Source: Cellvibrionales bacterium
GTDB taxonomy: Bacteria; Pseudomonadota; Gammaproteobacteria; Pseudomonadales; Porticoccaceae
Direction: 5' to 3'
DNA: 64,000 nt
Assembly (NCBI GenBank): GCA_038143955.1
Contig: JAYQMT010000005.1
Coordinates: 551,423 to 615,422 of the forward strand
Made by a program: the position numbers and the translations under genes. Under the pieces are notes generated by a model. That model ran no database searches and was not told where the DNA came from. It worked only from the letters and a program-made list of their open reading frames with translations. Numbering within the stretch: the first letter of the stretch is position 1; every line of letters begins with the position of its first letter. Below, in pieces: positions 35,822-48,156 of the stretch.

Positions 35822-36529
35822 CTAAGAGATATTCCAATTAATTTTTTTCTTACAATTTTCATATATATATTTTTCTGCCAAAGAGAAATGTTTACAACCA
35901 AAAAATCCTTTGTATGAAGACAAGGGAGATGGATGAGGTGCTGTAAGAATAAAATGCTTAGAGCTATCGATTAAAGTAGTTTTTTTTTGTGCATCCTTGC
36001 CCCAAAGAATAAAAACTAGATTTTTTTTCCGCGAATTTAATTCTTCTATAATTTTATTTGTAAAAATCTCCCACCCTCTATTTTTATGGCTGCCAGGTAT
36101 GGATTTTTCGACGGTAAAAGTAGTATTGAGTAGCAAGATGCCTTGCTTAGTCCATGATGTTAGACAACCATGACTTGGTTCTGATACTCCAGTATCTTCA
36201 ACGAGTTCTTTGAATATATTTCGTAATGAAGCAGGAATTGCAATTTCTGGTTTTACAGAAAAACTCAACCCATGGGCCTGTCCTTCTCCATGGTAGGGGT
36301 CTTGTCCCAGAATAACTACACTCACGTCGTTAAAAGATGTTCTTTTTAAAGCTTCAAACCAATTAGATATAGGTGGATAAATTATTTTACCTTTATCAAT
36401 TTCAGATAAAAGGAAGCTAAATAAGCACTCCATATATGGTTTATTGAACTCATCTACTAAAACGTCTTTCCAAGATGCATTTAAATCATATATTGCAGTT
36501 AATGGACCGCGCGTATTAATCATAGGCAA
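35822..36529 (-). CDS. ung: Uracil-DNA glycosylase
   Basis: ILGQDPYH, AHGLSFS, LLNT, HPSPLS. Confidence 0.96.
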   Translation of the reverse strand: MPMINTRGPLTAIYDLNASWKDVLVDEFNKPYMECLFSFLLSEIDKGKIIYPPISNWFEALKRTSFNDVSVVILGQDPYHGEGQAHGLSFSVKPEIAIPASLRNIFKELVEDTGVSEPSHGCLTSWTKQGILLLNTTFTVEKSIPGSHKNRGWEIFTNKIIEELNSRKKNLVFILWGKDAQKKTTLIDSSKHFILTAPHPSPLSSYKGFFGCKHFSLAEKYIYENCKKKINWNIS

Positions 36530-36638
36530 AAAATTACAATTTATATAATTTATTCATCATATTCTAAACTAAACGATAGAGAAATATACTTTGAAGATTT
36601 TATATAATATTATTACGTTGCTAATGTACGAGGCAAGA

Positions 36639-37181
36639 ATGAAAATATTTGCATTTTTTATTGAAGTTCTCCCACTTGCTGGATTTTTTGTTGGTTTTCA
36701 CTATTACGGTATATATATAGCAGCAGTTATATCAGTTGTTCTGGGTTTTATTGTTCTGCTTGTGTCTTGGTTTAATGAAAAACGATTAGCTCCCTTCCCT
36801 CTTTACTGCATATTTTTTTCGGCAATCTTCACATTAGCGGCAGTTATTTTTGGAACAAGTATTTTGATAAAAATACAACCTACAGTAACCAATGGGCTAT
36901 TTTCTCTCGTTTTACTCGGTGGCTGGTTTCTAAATCGACCAATGATGCAGATTTTCTTTGGCAGTCAATTTGATTTAGATCATGAAACATGGGTAAAGCT
37001 TACATATAGATGGGGCTGTTTTTTTCTGTTATTAGCAGTTGCTAATGAGATTGTGTGGAGAAATAATTCAGAAGAATATTGGGTGAACTATAAAACTTTT
37101 GTTGTGGCACCACTATCTGCGCTTTTTATGTTAGCTCAATTACCGTTAACAATAAAAGGAACAAAAAAAAATACTTCTTAA
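36639..37181 (+). CDS. yciB: Inner-membrane protein YciB/IspZ family
   Basis: IKIQPT, RWGCFF, ANEIVWRN, WVNYK, AQLP. Confidence 0.8.
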   Translation: MKIFAFFIEVLPLAGFFVGFHYYGIYIAAVISVVLGFIVLLVSWFNEKRLAPFPLYCIFFSAIFTLAAVIFGTSILIKIQPTVTNGLFSLVLLGGWFLNRPMMQIFFGSQFDLDHETWVKLTYRWGCFFLLLAVANEIVWRNNSEEYWVNYKTFVVAPLSALFMLAQLPLTIKGTKKNTS

Positions 37182-37285
37182 AATGATATACATCTGGTAA
37201 ATCTTCAAAATAATCTATTCTTTGTTGTCCGGATATTCTAGTAGTCTACAATATATTTTTATTGATTAATCGCTTATAAAATCTT

Positions 37286-38353
37286 ATGAAAACGTTAGAA
37301 CAAAATGAAATTCATAACCGTCAAGTCTACATTTGGTTATTTCTTTGTGCTGGATTGATCTTCTTCATGATTTTGCTTGGCGGTGTTACCCGTCTGACTC
37401 ATTCCGGTCTTTCTATGGTTGAATGGAAGCCTTTAATGGGCATTATTCCACCATTAAATAGTAAAGAATGGCAGGAGAGTTTTGATCTCTATAAATTATA
37501 TCCTGAGTACCAAAAGATAAATAAGGGTATGAGTATTAGTGAATATAAATATATTTTTATGTATGAATATCTTCACCGTATTTTAGGAAGAGTTATCGGA
37601 ATTGTTTTTCTAATCCCTTTTTTATTTTTTTTCTTTACTGGTCGTATCAAAAAAAAATTAACACCAAAACTATTAGTAATGTTTTTTTTAGGTGGCTTCC
37701 AAGGTCTTCTAGGCTGGTATATGGTGAAAAGTGGCTTAGTCAATATTCCATCTGTTAGTCAATACAGATTAACAGCACATTTGGGTAATGCAGTTATAAT
37801 TTATGCATACATATTATGGGTTGCCTTTGGCCTTATTGAAGACAGTAGACAATCTTTAGTGGGCTCAGTAAGAAATATAACCAAGGGAATCAGGGTCGGC
37901 TCATATACTATTACAGGCTTACTATTTCTTATGATTCTATCTGGTGGTCTGGTTGCTGGAACTCGAGCAGGCTTAGCTTATTCTACTTTTCCACTGATGG
38001 GTGAAACCTTCATACCTGTTGGGTTATACAGCTTATCTCCTTTTTGGTTATCAGCATTTGAAGATATAACTACAATTCAGTTTAATCACCGAATATTCGC
38101 ATACCTCTTATTTATATTAATTTTTAGTTTTTCTATAAATACAATACGTAAACTCGATTCCAGTATTATCAGAAAAGTTCTTGCCTTTATGTTAATCTTA
38201 CTAACCTTGCAGATATGCCTTGGAATCGCCACGATCTTGCTGTATGTTCCGGTATCAATCGCTGCTGCCCACCAGAGTGGCGCAATAGCACTTCTAACTG
38301 TATCAATTTTTTTGAGTAGATTTTTTTATGATCATTCTAGACGTTTTCAATAA
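37286..38353 (+). CDS. ctaA: Heme A synthase (COX15/CtaA type 2)
   Basis: GGVTRLTHSGLSMVEW, EYLHRILGR, GWYMVKSGL, YRLTAHL, QFNHR, AAAHQ. Confidence 0.93.
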   Translation: MKTLEQNEIHNRQVYIWLFLCAGLIFFMILLGGVTRLTHSGLSMVEWKPLMGIIPPLNSKEWQESFDLYKLYPEYQKINKGMSISEYKYIFMYEYLHRILGRVIGIVFLIPFLFFFFTGRIKKKLTPKLLVMFFLGGFQGLLGWYMVKSGLVNIPSVSQYRLTAHLGNAVIIYAYILWVAFGLIEDSRQSLVGSVRNITKGIRVGSYTITGLLFLMILSGGLVAGTRAGLAYSTFPLMGETFIPVGLYSLSPFWLSAFEDITTIQFNHRIFAYLLFILIFSFSINTIRKLDSSIIRKVLAFMLILLTLQICLGIATILLYVPVSIAAAHQSGAIALLTVSIFLSRFFYDHSRRFQ

Positions 38354-38394
38354 AAACGCTCTTCGTCGTTATATGTATAACCTATGGAGTAAAA

Positions 38395-38700
38395 ATGAAA
38401 AGTATATGTAAATTATTATTGTGGGCGATATTAACTCTAACTATTCCATATTATTCATATGCCGTTGATATAATTGATGGAAAGGAAAAAGCAGTAGCTT
38501 GCGCCGGTTGTCATGGAGTAAATGGCATTAGCCGTAATCCTATGTGGCCAAATTTAGCGGGTCAAAAGGCTGGCTATCTCTCTCTTCAGATGAAAAATTT
38601 TAGGGATGGAAAAAGAGTTAATTCAATTATGAATACAATATCAAAATCACTTACAGACGAAGATATTAACAATTTAGCAGCTTATTACTCGAGTCTTTAA
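38395..38700 (+). CDS. Monoheme cytochrome c (c553/c554-like)
   Basis: Signal peptide, CAGCH heme motif, PNLAGQ, distal Met. Confidence 0.9.
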   Translation: MKSICKLLLWAILTLTIPYYSYAVDIIDGKEKAVACAGCHGVNGISRNPMWPNLAGQKAGYLSLQMKNFRDGKRVNSIMNTISKSLTDEDINNLAAYYSSL

Positions 38701-38723
38701 CTAAAACAGTAAATAAATTTTAA

Positions 38724-41700
38724 TCAATTAATGTAGCACCTAGCGTTTCGAAACATTTTTAACCAAGGGCCATCCTCTCTCCATTCTTTAGGGTGCCATG
38801 AATTAGTTATAGATCGAAAAACTCTCTCAGGATGAGGCATCATTATATTAGCTCTTCCATCAAGGGAAGTAACACCAGTAACCCCTGATTTTGAGCCATT
38901 AGGATTAAAAGGATATTTCTCAGTTATTTTCATCGAGTGATCTACAAATCGAAGAGATATACCGTCTGAAGAGCTGATTTGATTGAATTGACTATCATCA
39001 TAAAATTTTACCCTTCCCTCACCATGCGAAACTGCTACAGGTATCACTGATCCCTCCATATCCATTAAAAAAATGGAAGGACTTTTTCTACTTTGACTAA
39101 TGAGAATCTTGCTTCGAACTCTTCAGAATTATTTCTAACAAATTTAGGCCAATGTTCCGCTCCAGGAATTAAGGACTTTAAATTAGCTAACATTTGGCAA
39201 CCATTACAGATACCAAGTGAAAATACATCTTTTTGGGGAAAGAAGTTTTGAAATTTATCTCTGAGTTGTGCGTTAAATAGTATTGATTTTGCCCATCCTT
39301 CTCCTGCACCCAAAACGTCACCATATGAAAAACCCCCACATGCAACAAGTCCCTTAAAAGTATTGAGGTCCACTCTTCCGCTAACAAGATCGCTCATATG
39401 TACATCTACCGAATCAAATTCTGCTCGATCGAAAGCAGCGGCCATTTCAATATGGCCGTTAACACCCTCTGTTCGAAGTATTGCAACACGTGGCTTTATG
39501 TTTAGATAAATGTATGGAGCTGCTATATTTTCGTTTATATCAAAACTAATTTTTGTTTGCAGTCCAGGGTTATATGATAGAAGTGCCTCATACTCTTGTT
39601 TTGCGCAATTAGCATTACCCCTTCTCGCTTGAATCTGAAAGCTTGTTTCACTCCAATCTCTTTTAAGCTTAAACAAATCTTCACTATAAATAATTTCTGT
39701 TTTATGATTTATTTTTATTTGCTTGCTGACATTCAATTTCCCAATCTCAGTTACGGGTATATTTATTTTAGCAAAAACAACTTGTAATATAAAAAATTTC
39801 TTGATTAGGAACCTGAATGACAGCACCTAGCTCCTCATTAAAAAGGATTTCTATAGCGCTATTTTCAGATTCGCCAAGAGTTATATCTATTCCTGTATTT
39901 CCAGCGAAAGCCATCTCAACCAAGGTAGTAAATAGCCCGCCATCAGAACGATCATGATAAGAGAGAAGTAAATCTTCCCTATTAAGATCTTGAATAACTG
40001 TAAAAAAATTCTTGAGTAAAATAGCATCATCTATATCTGGAGGATTTTCACCAATAGAGTTATAAGTTTGAGCAAGAATAGAGCCACCCATACGATTTTT
40101 ATGTTGACCTAGATCGACATATAAAAGTGAAGTATTCTCAACATCTATAATTATTTGTGGTGTCAGAGTCCTCCTAACGTCATTTACAGGTGAAAATGCT
40201 GTAATTATTAACGATAACGGCGATATAACTGATTTTTTATCATTAGCTTCCTTCCATGATGTTTTCATCGACATAGAATCTTTACCCACTGGAATAGCTA
40301 TACCCAGTTTGGGACAGAAGTCTAAACCTAGGGCTTCAACAGCAGAATAAAGTTTTTCATCTTCACCTTCATGACCAGAAGCAGACATCCAATTTGCTGA
40401 TAACTTTATATCAGATATATTTTTTATATCACAGCCGACAATATTTGTAATTGCTTCACCAACCGCCATTCTTGCTGATGCCGCTGCATCTAATAATGCT
40501 AATGGAGGTCTTTCGCCCATAGCCATAGCTTCCCCAACGAACGTGTCATAGCTAGTTGTAGTGACACCGCAGTCTGCAACTGGTACCTGCCATGGACCAA
40601 CCATCTGATCTCTTGCAACCATTCCAGTAACACTACGGTCACTAATTGTTATCAAAAAACTTTTACTAGCCACGGCAGGATGCTTTAAAACTCGATTAAT
40701 AGCTTTAGTGATCGTAATCTTGGATGAATCAAATGGTTTGGGTATGTGTTTTTTTGTTTGAACATTTTTGTGTATTTTTGGAGGCTTACCGAAAAGAATA
40801 GACATTGGCAGATCTATAGGGTTTAGGTTGTATTTTTTATCAGAAAGGATGATTTGTTTTTTTCTAGCGATTCACCAACAATCGAATACGGACACTTTTC
40901 TCGTTCGCAGATTTCTTCAAAAATAGATAAATTAAGGGGATCTACAGCCATTACATATCTTTCTTGAGCCTCATTACACCATATTGCTAACGGAGACATA
41001 CTTGCATCATCACTTGGTATATCCCTTAATTCGAACTTGCCACCACAGCCTCCGTCTTTAACTAATTCTGGAAAAGCGTTAGATAGGCCGCCTGCACCAA
41101 CATCATGAATAAATGCAATTGGATTTTGGTCATCTAGCTGCCAGCATTGATCAATTACTTCCTGACATCGGCGTTCCATTTCAGGATTTTGTCTTTGCAC
41201 AGATGCAAAATCGAGTTCCTCATCACTTGAGCCAGTCTCCATAGACGAAGCAGCCCCTCCGCCAAGACCAATAAGCATTGCAGAACCACCTATGACAATA
41301 AGCTTACAACCAGGCTTAAAGGCAAACTGTTTGATATCTTTGGTTCGAATATTTCCATATCCTCCAGCTATCATTATGGGTTTGTGATAACCTCGTCTTT
41401 CTCCCAAATAATCCGTCTCAAAAGTTCGAAAGTAACCGCATATATTAGGTCTCCCAAATTCATTATTGAAAGCAGCCCCTCCTAATGGTCCATCAATCAT
41501 TATTTTCAAAGGTGATGCAATACGATTAGGTTTTCCATACATGTGCTCCCAAGGTTGAAGAAAATTGGGAATATGTAGATTAGATACAGTAAAGCCAGTT
41601 AATCCAGCCTTTGGCTTTGAGCCCCTGCCGACTGAACCCTCATCACGAATTTCTCCCCCAGAACCAGTGCCAGCACCTGAAAAAGGTGATATGGCTGTTG

Positions 41701-42588
41701 GGTGATTATGAGTCTCTACTTTTATTAATATATTAACCGGTTCGTTCTTTGTTGAGTATATTTTAGTTTTAGGGTCTGGATAAAATCTTCCGGCAATACT
41801 TCCCTCTATTACTGCTGCATTGTCATCGTAGGCCGATAAAACACCTTTTTTTGATTGTTTGTATGTATTTTTTATCATTTCAAAAAGTGATTTATCTCTC
41901 TTTTTTCCGTCAATTGTCCATCTAGAATTAAATATTTTATGGCGACAGTGTTCAGAATTAGCTTGAGCAAACATCATTAACTCAACATCAGTAGGATCTC
42001 TATTCAATTTTTTGAAATTTGCAACTAAATAATTAATTTCATCATTAGCTAAAGCTAGACCAAGACTCAAGTTAGCTTTTTTAATGCAGCTACTCCATCA
42101 GCTAGAATCGGAATGTTATTCATCGCTGATTCATTATGTTCTTTGAACAAAATCTCGGCATTACTGATTTCAAGAAAAACTTTTTCTGTCATACGATCCG
42201 CGATAATCGTATATAAGGATTTATTTATTTCTTGACTAACCCCACCATATAAGTGGTAAGCAATGCCTCTTTCTATCCTTCTGACTGACAGTAACCCAGC
42301 ATTACGTGCTATATCAGTAGCTTTTGTTGACCATGCAGAGATGGTTCCAGGCCGTGGTGTCACTAAATACATTGATCCTTTGTTATTGACTAAGTTTGAC
42401 TGATATCCGTAAGATAATAACGAGCTAAGGATTTGATGCTCGGCTCTTGTAAGCTCTTTATCAACTTTTACAAAATGTATATATTCAGTAAAGACATTGG
42501 TTATTAACGGATCTATTTTTTGTATAGATTCGAGAATTTTTTTATTTCGAAATTCTGAAAAAGCAGGTAGTCCCTGGAAAATAAGCAT
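38724..42588 (-). CDS. purL: Phosphoribosylformylglycinamidine synthase, large form (several frameshifts)
   Basis: [50 protein letters not shown] across five ORF fragments. Confidence 0.96.
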
Positions 42589-42756
42589 TATTTATGTGTC
42601 TCAGAAGCTAGCAGTTAACGATTAATCAAGTAGAAGTTATTTAAAAAAAATTAGCGATTTATTTAAATATTGCATATTAATTTTCTTTAATCATATACTA
42701 AAAAAATACCTATAAATTTAGCGAAGGGTTCTTTTTGCTTTTAAAAAAATTAGTCA

Positions 42757-43227
42757 TTAATTTTTTGGCTTCTTCTGCCATGACCCTCCTTTAACTTGTA
42801 ACTTATGATTATAGTGAAGCATCTCAGATATCTGTAAGCAGCTGATTACAGCACCCGCTTTCGGCTCTGCTGCACCGAAGACTAACCTAGATATTCGTGC
42901 ATGGATCATAGCCCCTATACACATAGTACAGGGTTCAATTGTAGTATATAGAGTAGTATCTGGTAAGCGATAATTTTTAGTGAGTTGTCCCGCTTTTCTC
43001 AATACTAGAATTTCTGCATGGGCTGTTGGGTCAGAGGTTGTTATTGGCATATTAAAGGCACCACTTATTAATTTTTGATTTTTTATTATCAGAGCCCCAA
43101 TGGGTATCTCCCCATGATCTAGTGACTTTTTTGCAAGAGCTAATGCTTGCTTCATCCAAAATATATCTTTATCAACAATGTTAATATTTTCCATATCTCT
43201 TGCCCACGATGAATTTTCAATGATCAT
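42757..43227 (-). CDS. tadA: tRNA adenosine deaminase TadA (3' end frameshifted)
   Basis: DPTAHAE, EPCTMC, NYRL. Confidence 0.93.
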   Translation of the reverse strand: MIIENSSWARDMENINIVDKDIFWMKQALALAKKSLDHGEIPIGALIIKNQKLISGAFNMPITTSDPTAHAEILVLRKAGQLTKNYRLPDTTLYTTIEPCTMCIGAMIHARISRLVFGAAEPKAGAVISCLQISEMLHYNHKLQVKGGSWQKKPKN

Positions 43228-43257
43228 ATTGATTAATAAATAAAGTATTAATAAGTA

Positions 43258-44262
43258 TTATCCATCAATAATCATATTGATAAGTACCTTAATTCTATCT
43301 TCTGACTTATTACGGTTTGATATAAATTTTGCATGCTCAACAAAGCCTGCCTCTGGGTTCAACTCTATGCCCCACAATCCTGATATTTGATTTGGAAGAA
43401 TAGAATATCGAACATCTACTATAAGATTCTTATTTTTTGGTGAGATTACTAAGTGGTTCTGGCTAAACCAAGAAAATCGTCTGATATCTATTGCTTGTTG
43501 CGATTCTGGATTTAACCAAAGAAAATCTTTGGATAGATCTAGTTTCGGAATGTTATCACCCTCAATAATTTTTATTGTTGGAAAAATTCTTATGCCATCA
43601 GTGTAAAAAATACCTTTATTTTCATATATAACCTTCCATAAAAATAAGTTTGCAAAAGTTGGTTTTGCATTAATCATGGTAATATTATGCCCTCTTTTTT
43701 CAGCTAGTTGTTTGCCTATATTTAAAGCTTTTTCATTTAAAATTACACCTAATAGCAGATAAGATAGAGCCCAAATTACAGCAAGTCTCGAGAAATATAT
43801 TTTTTTTAGATATAGACCTAAAATAACGAGTATTATTAACGGGACAGTAAAAAAAGGGTCAATTATAGATATATTGCTCCAGCTTATTCGCTCATAACTA
43901 AAAGGCCAAAAAAGTAAAGTTCCATAACTAGTGCACGCATCTAAGAGACCGTGTGTTCCGTACCCTATCGTTGAAAAAAACCAAACTTCTTTAAAAGAAA
44001 TATGCGCTCGAATTCTATAAAAACAATAAAAAAATGATGCACATATTATTCCACCAATAGGTATAAAAATAAGAGAGTGTGTGAACTGCCGATGGAACTC
44101 TAAAAATAGAAGTGGATCTTCTTCTGACCTTATAAAAATATCAACATCCGGTGCGATTCCGGATAAAAAACCTATAATACTAATAAGCACAAGTGACTTT
44201 TTGTTGCGAACACATGACTGTGAGAAAGAAGATCCAACTATACCTTGGCTTATAGGGTCCAT
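43258..44262 (-). CDS. Inner-membrane metal-dependent hydrolase (YdjM-like)
   Basis: MDPISQ, APDVD, HRQFTHS, THGLLDACTSYGT, IIDP. Confidence 0.8.
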   Translation of the reverse strand: MDPISQGIVGSSFSQSCVRNKKSLVLISIIGFLSGIAPDVDIFIRSEEDPLLFLEFHRQFTHSLIFIPIGGIICASFFYCFYRIRAHISFKEVWFFSTIGYGTHGLLDACTSYGTLLFWPFSYERISWSNISIIDPFFTVPLIILVILGLYLKKIYFSRLAVIWALSYLLLGVILNEKALNIGKQLAEKRGHNITMINAKPTFANLFLWKVIYENKGIFYTDGIRIFPTIKIIEGDNIPKLDLSKDFLWLNPESQQAIDIRRFSWFSQNHLVISPKNKNLIVDVRYSILPNQISGLWGIELNPEAGFVEHAKFISNRNKSEDRIKVLINMIIDG

Positions 44263-45572
44263 TAACTATTATCCCCACTCTGTGAGATACTGACATTAGT
44301 TTTTTCACCTGAAAGCCTTGCAATCATTGTAGCACAGACGATATCACCCCATACGTTAATGCTTGTACGAAACATATCTAGAATCCGATCAAAAACCATT
44401 AATACACCTATAGCCTCGACTGGAAGACCAATGCTTCCCAGAATAATAGCAATTGCTACCAGTGATGCGGATGGGACACCTGCTACACCGATAGATGTAA
44501 GTAGAGCAACAACAACAATGGTAAACTGAATACCCATACTGAGCTCCAGTCCGTATGCTTGAGCAAGAAACATCGCCGCAGCACACTCATAGAGGGCTGT
44601 GCCATTCATATTAACTGTTGCTCCAAGTGGGAGGACGAAGCTTGATATTTTGTTAGATACCCCTATATTTTTTTCTAAAACTTTCATAGAAACAGGTAAC
44701 GTTGCAGAGGATGATGCAGTGGAAAAAGCTGTTAACATCGCTGAGAACGCTGCTTTAATTGTAGCAACTGGATTTATTCTTGCGATAAATCTTAGCATGA
44801 GCGGCAAGATCACTATTGCATGTATTATGAGTGCTGCAACAACTGTTATTGAGAATACTGCAAGGGGCTTAACTGCATCGAAACCAGTTTTAGCTATGAC
44901 TCCTGCAACAAGACCAAAAACTCCAATTGGTGCAAATTTCATGATAAGTTCAGTAATACCCATCATTACGCGAAATATTGCATCCCAAAAATTAAAAAAT
45001 GATCCCTTTAATTGAGCTGGAAGTTTAGTCATGAAGTAACCAAAAAGAATCGAGAAAAATATCAACCCAAGCATTTGGCCTTCAGCAGCAGCTTTTATTA
45101 TGTTTGGGGGAACCATTCGTGTGAAGATGTTTGCCACATCAAAAACACCTCTATTACTGATATTTTCTGATAGCGCATCAGTCTCGTGGCTATTCAATGA
45201 AAGTAACTTTCCAGCCGGCTCATTATCAACATAACCTGGAGCTATTAAGTTAATAAGACAAAGACCGATGAGTATTGCAAATATTGTAGTCACAGCATAA
45301 AAAATTATAGTTCTTATGCCGATTAACCTTAAATTAACTGCATCACCTATTCCAGCTATTCCAACAATAATTGAGGATACGATTAAGGGTACGATGATCA
45401 TTCTTAGCGCATTGAGGAAAAGAGTTCCAATATATTCAAAGATTGAGAGATATGTCATACCCAAAAATTTAGCTGATACACCATCTAATGAACTATATCT
45501 GACCATAGATCCAGCAGACGCTGCCAAAAGAATGCTTATCAAGATCTGCCAGTGTAAAGGAAGCTTTTTCAT
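44262..45572 (-). CDS. Dicarboxylate/amino acid:cation (DAACS) symporter
   Basis: AFSTASSSATLP, LGATVNMNGTALYE, DRILDMFRTSINVWGD. Confidence 0.92.
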   Translation of the reverse strand: MKKLPLHWQILISILLAASAGSMVRYSSLDGVSAKFLGMTYLSIFEYIGTLFLNALRMIIVPLIVSSIIVGIAGIGDAVNLRLIGIRTIIFYAVTTIFAILIGLCLINLIAPGYVDNEPAGKLLSLNSHETDALSENISNRGVFDVANIFTRMVPPNIIKAAAEGQMLGLIFFSILFGYFMTKLPAQLKGSFFNFWDAIFRVMMGITELIMKFAPIGVFGLVAGVIAKTGFDAVKPLAVFSITVVAALIIHAIVILPLMLRFIARINPVATIKAAFSAMLTAFSTASSSATLPVSMKVLEKNIGVSNKISSFVLPLGATVNMNGTALYECAAAMFLAQAYGLELSMGIQFTIVVVALLTSIGVAGVPSASLVAIAIILGSIGLPVEAIGVLMVFDRILDMFRTSINVWGDIVCATMIARLSGEKTNVSISQSGDNS

Positions 45573-46015
45573 CTAATGTTATTATTCCTATATGGTTATT
45601 TTGCAGTCTTATCTGAGGTAATAAATATCTTATTTCTTTTACAGTTTATATATTATCCTTGGTAGGAACTTTTTAGGTCAATATTTATACGAAGAAGTAT
45701 GTATATATATAAATTATAGAGTAACAGGTAACTCTACCCAGCTGAAGGCAAACGAGTAAAAGTGGTACTAAAAAGGTACTTACAAAGCGATAAAAATGTC
45801 ATCAAGCGCACTCTTTTATTCAGTACGCAAAAGACAAACGCTTCAATGCAAACGCACTTACACAGTTGTTAAAACGCTTATACGAAAATGCACAAATAAA
45901 AGAGGCAAGTTCGCATAGTGGCGATTATCATCGGTTTTCATTTCATCAATTCGGGCTTTGACTTTAAGATCCAAGTTATCTTTATAAACTTTCGCCAATT
46001 CGAAAATTTGACTAA

Positions 46016-47963
46016 CTATCTGAAAGAATTATTATTGTTTATATTTTCAATTACTTCTTTTTTGAAACTTATAGATATCAGCTCCTCTCCACACCTCGAG
46101 TAATGATCTTTATCCCTGAAAACGAAACACTCACCAAAAAATGACTTTTGAGGTTCAAAAAAAAGACTATTAAACTCCAGATATGTTAGCGTCTCAGCTT
46201 TACTTAATCTCGCACTTAATAAGTTATTTAATTTTTCAAATAGCTCGATTGATATTGGATTAACCTTGTGTATATCTTTTGTAAGCATTACCTCAGTGGG
46301 ATTCCTTCTGTACTCCAAAAATGGCCCTATCCAAATCACTTTCTTCGCAGAAATTCGCTGTAGCCGCTCTAAATACTGGATAACTTTATCGACATTGTTA
46401 TTATTAAACCCTCCAAAATCCCCTTCAAATGCTGATTGTTTGTCTACGTCACCATCATTATTAGCTACAAAATATGAACCACTTTGGTGATAAATTATTA
46501 GATCTATCATTTCATATTTTTCTTGTGTGAATTTATCAAAATTATTGTATTGGCACTCATCTTTGTTGTTGTGGGGACGGCACCCTCCTTGCGAGACGCC
46601 TATTAAAAAAGGGGTAGGAATTGCTAGCGCTCAAAATATTAAAGAGATTCATAGCATGTGAATCACCAAGCACAATAATTGCCTTGCCATGTTTATCATA
46701 GCAATCGTCGACTTTTCTTACATTAATATTTTTTGTATCTTTAACCCAAATATTACAATCCTTGATTGCCATTTCCTCAGCTATATCATAATTGATTGCA
46801 TCAAACACAAGTGATACTTGCGCAGCTTCAGCTCCAGTGAATTTATATTTCGCCATCTGATTGACAAAGCCATTTGTTTTGCTACCTAACAAACCGATAA
46901 CTAGAAATACAATAAGACCAGACAATGAAAACAAAAAAACTCCATTCCGTGTTATTTTTTTGTTCACACGGAATGGAGTTTCAACAAACCTCCAACTTAA
47001 ATACGCTAGTGGCAGTGAGCTAGCAGTCAACAAAAAAAGGTGTAAATTAGTAGGCGTGCTTTCAGCTTGAATTCTAGCAAAAGCAAATAAAGGTTGATGC
47101 CAAAGGTAAGCTGAATAGCTTATTAAGCCAACTCCAACAAACCCTTTAGTGCCAAGAATTTTAGCTGCAAATGTTTCTTTATCTGCATATAGTATTAATA
47201 GTATAACACCTAGTACTGGTACCAGAGCGTATAGACTAGGAAATGGTGTTGTTTCATCGTAAAAAAAGATTGAAAAAATAATCGCTGTCAAGCCAAGAAA
47301 TGCTAACGTATTATTCTTTTTAACACCTTGCTTCTGAACAATAAATGCAGCTATTGAGCCAGCGAATAATTCCCATGCCCTTGTGGGTGCCAAGTAAAAA
47401 TTCGCTGTTGCTTTGTTACGCCAACCCCACTCGCTTAGCAGTAAACTGATCGTTGCCATCACAACAATCATCCAAAATACCCTGTTCTTACCAAAACGCC
47501 AAGCCAAAATTAAGAAAATAGGAAATAGTACGTAATACTGTTCTTCAACAGCTAGACTCCATGTATGTAGCAATGGTTTTTCTTCAGCAGCAGCATCGAA
47601 GTAACCACTCGTTCGACAAAATAAAACATTTGAAGCGAATAAACTCATGGCGACGAGACTTTGCGAGAAGTCTTTCATTTGACTTGGTATCATCCACATC
47701 CACGCAAATGGAATACACGCAAACATTACAAAGAAAAGTGCTGGAAGTAACCGCCTAGCACGTCTTTCATAGAAGTTAACAATACTAAACTGCTTGTTTT
47801 CTATATCTTCAATAAGTATTGTTGTAATCAAGTAGCCACTAATCACAAAAAAAACATCGACACCAACAAAACCCCCACTAAATAATTTATATCCAGCATG
47901 AAATAAAATTACAGGGACAACAGCAAGAGCTCGCAAGCCATCAATTTCAGCGCGATATTTCAA
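46016..47963 (-). CDS. OafA/YrhL-type O-acyltransferase with C-terminal SGNH domain (frameshift near 46600)
   Basis: YRAEIDGLRALAV, GVDVFFVISG, HTWSLAVEEQYY, LGDSHA, DKDH. Confidence 0.9.
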
Positions 47964-48132
47964 ATTAACGATCCTTTTGGTGGAGTTTAGGATATAGGCT
48001 GTGATTTATTTATCTTTAGCATTTCTATCTTCAAGTAACGCAATTTTTATGTAACTGTAAAAAAAAATCTTCAGTAAAATCAACATTTGGTTTCTGAGCA
48101 AGAAAGTAATGTGTAACTAACTAATACAATTA

Positions 48133-48145
48133 AATCAATTACTTA
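48133..48145. promoter_or_regulatory. IHF consensus site just downstream of guaA (att-like)
   Basis: AATCAA-TTAC-TTA fits WATCAANNNNTTR, about 12 bp from the guaA stop. Confidence 0.4.
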
Positions 48146-48156
48146 CACTTAAATAA

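Noticed and set aside
45725-45745. Direct repeat of the guaA 3' end marking the far island boundary
   Set aside because: Similarity to CTACTCCCATTC is too weak to call an att core.
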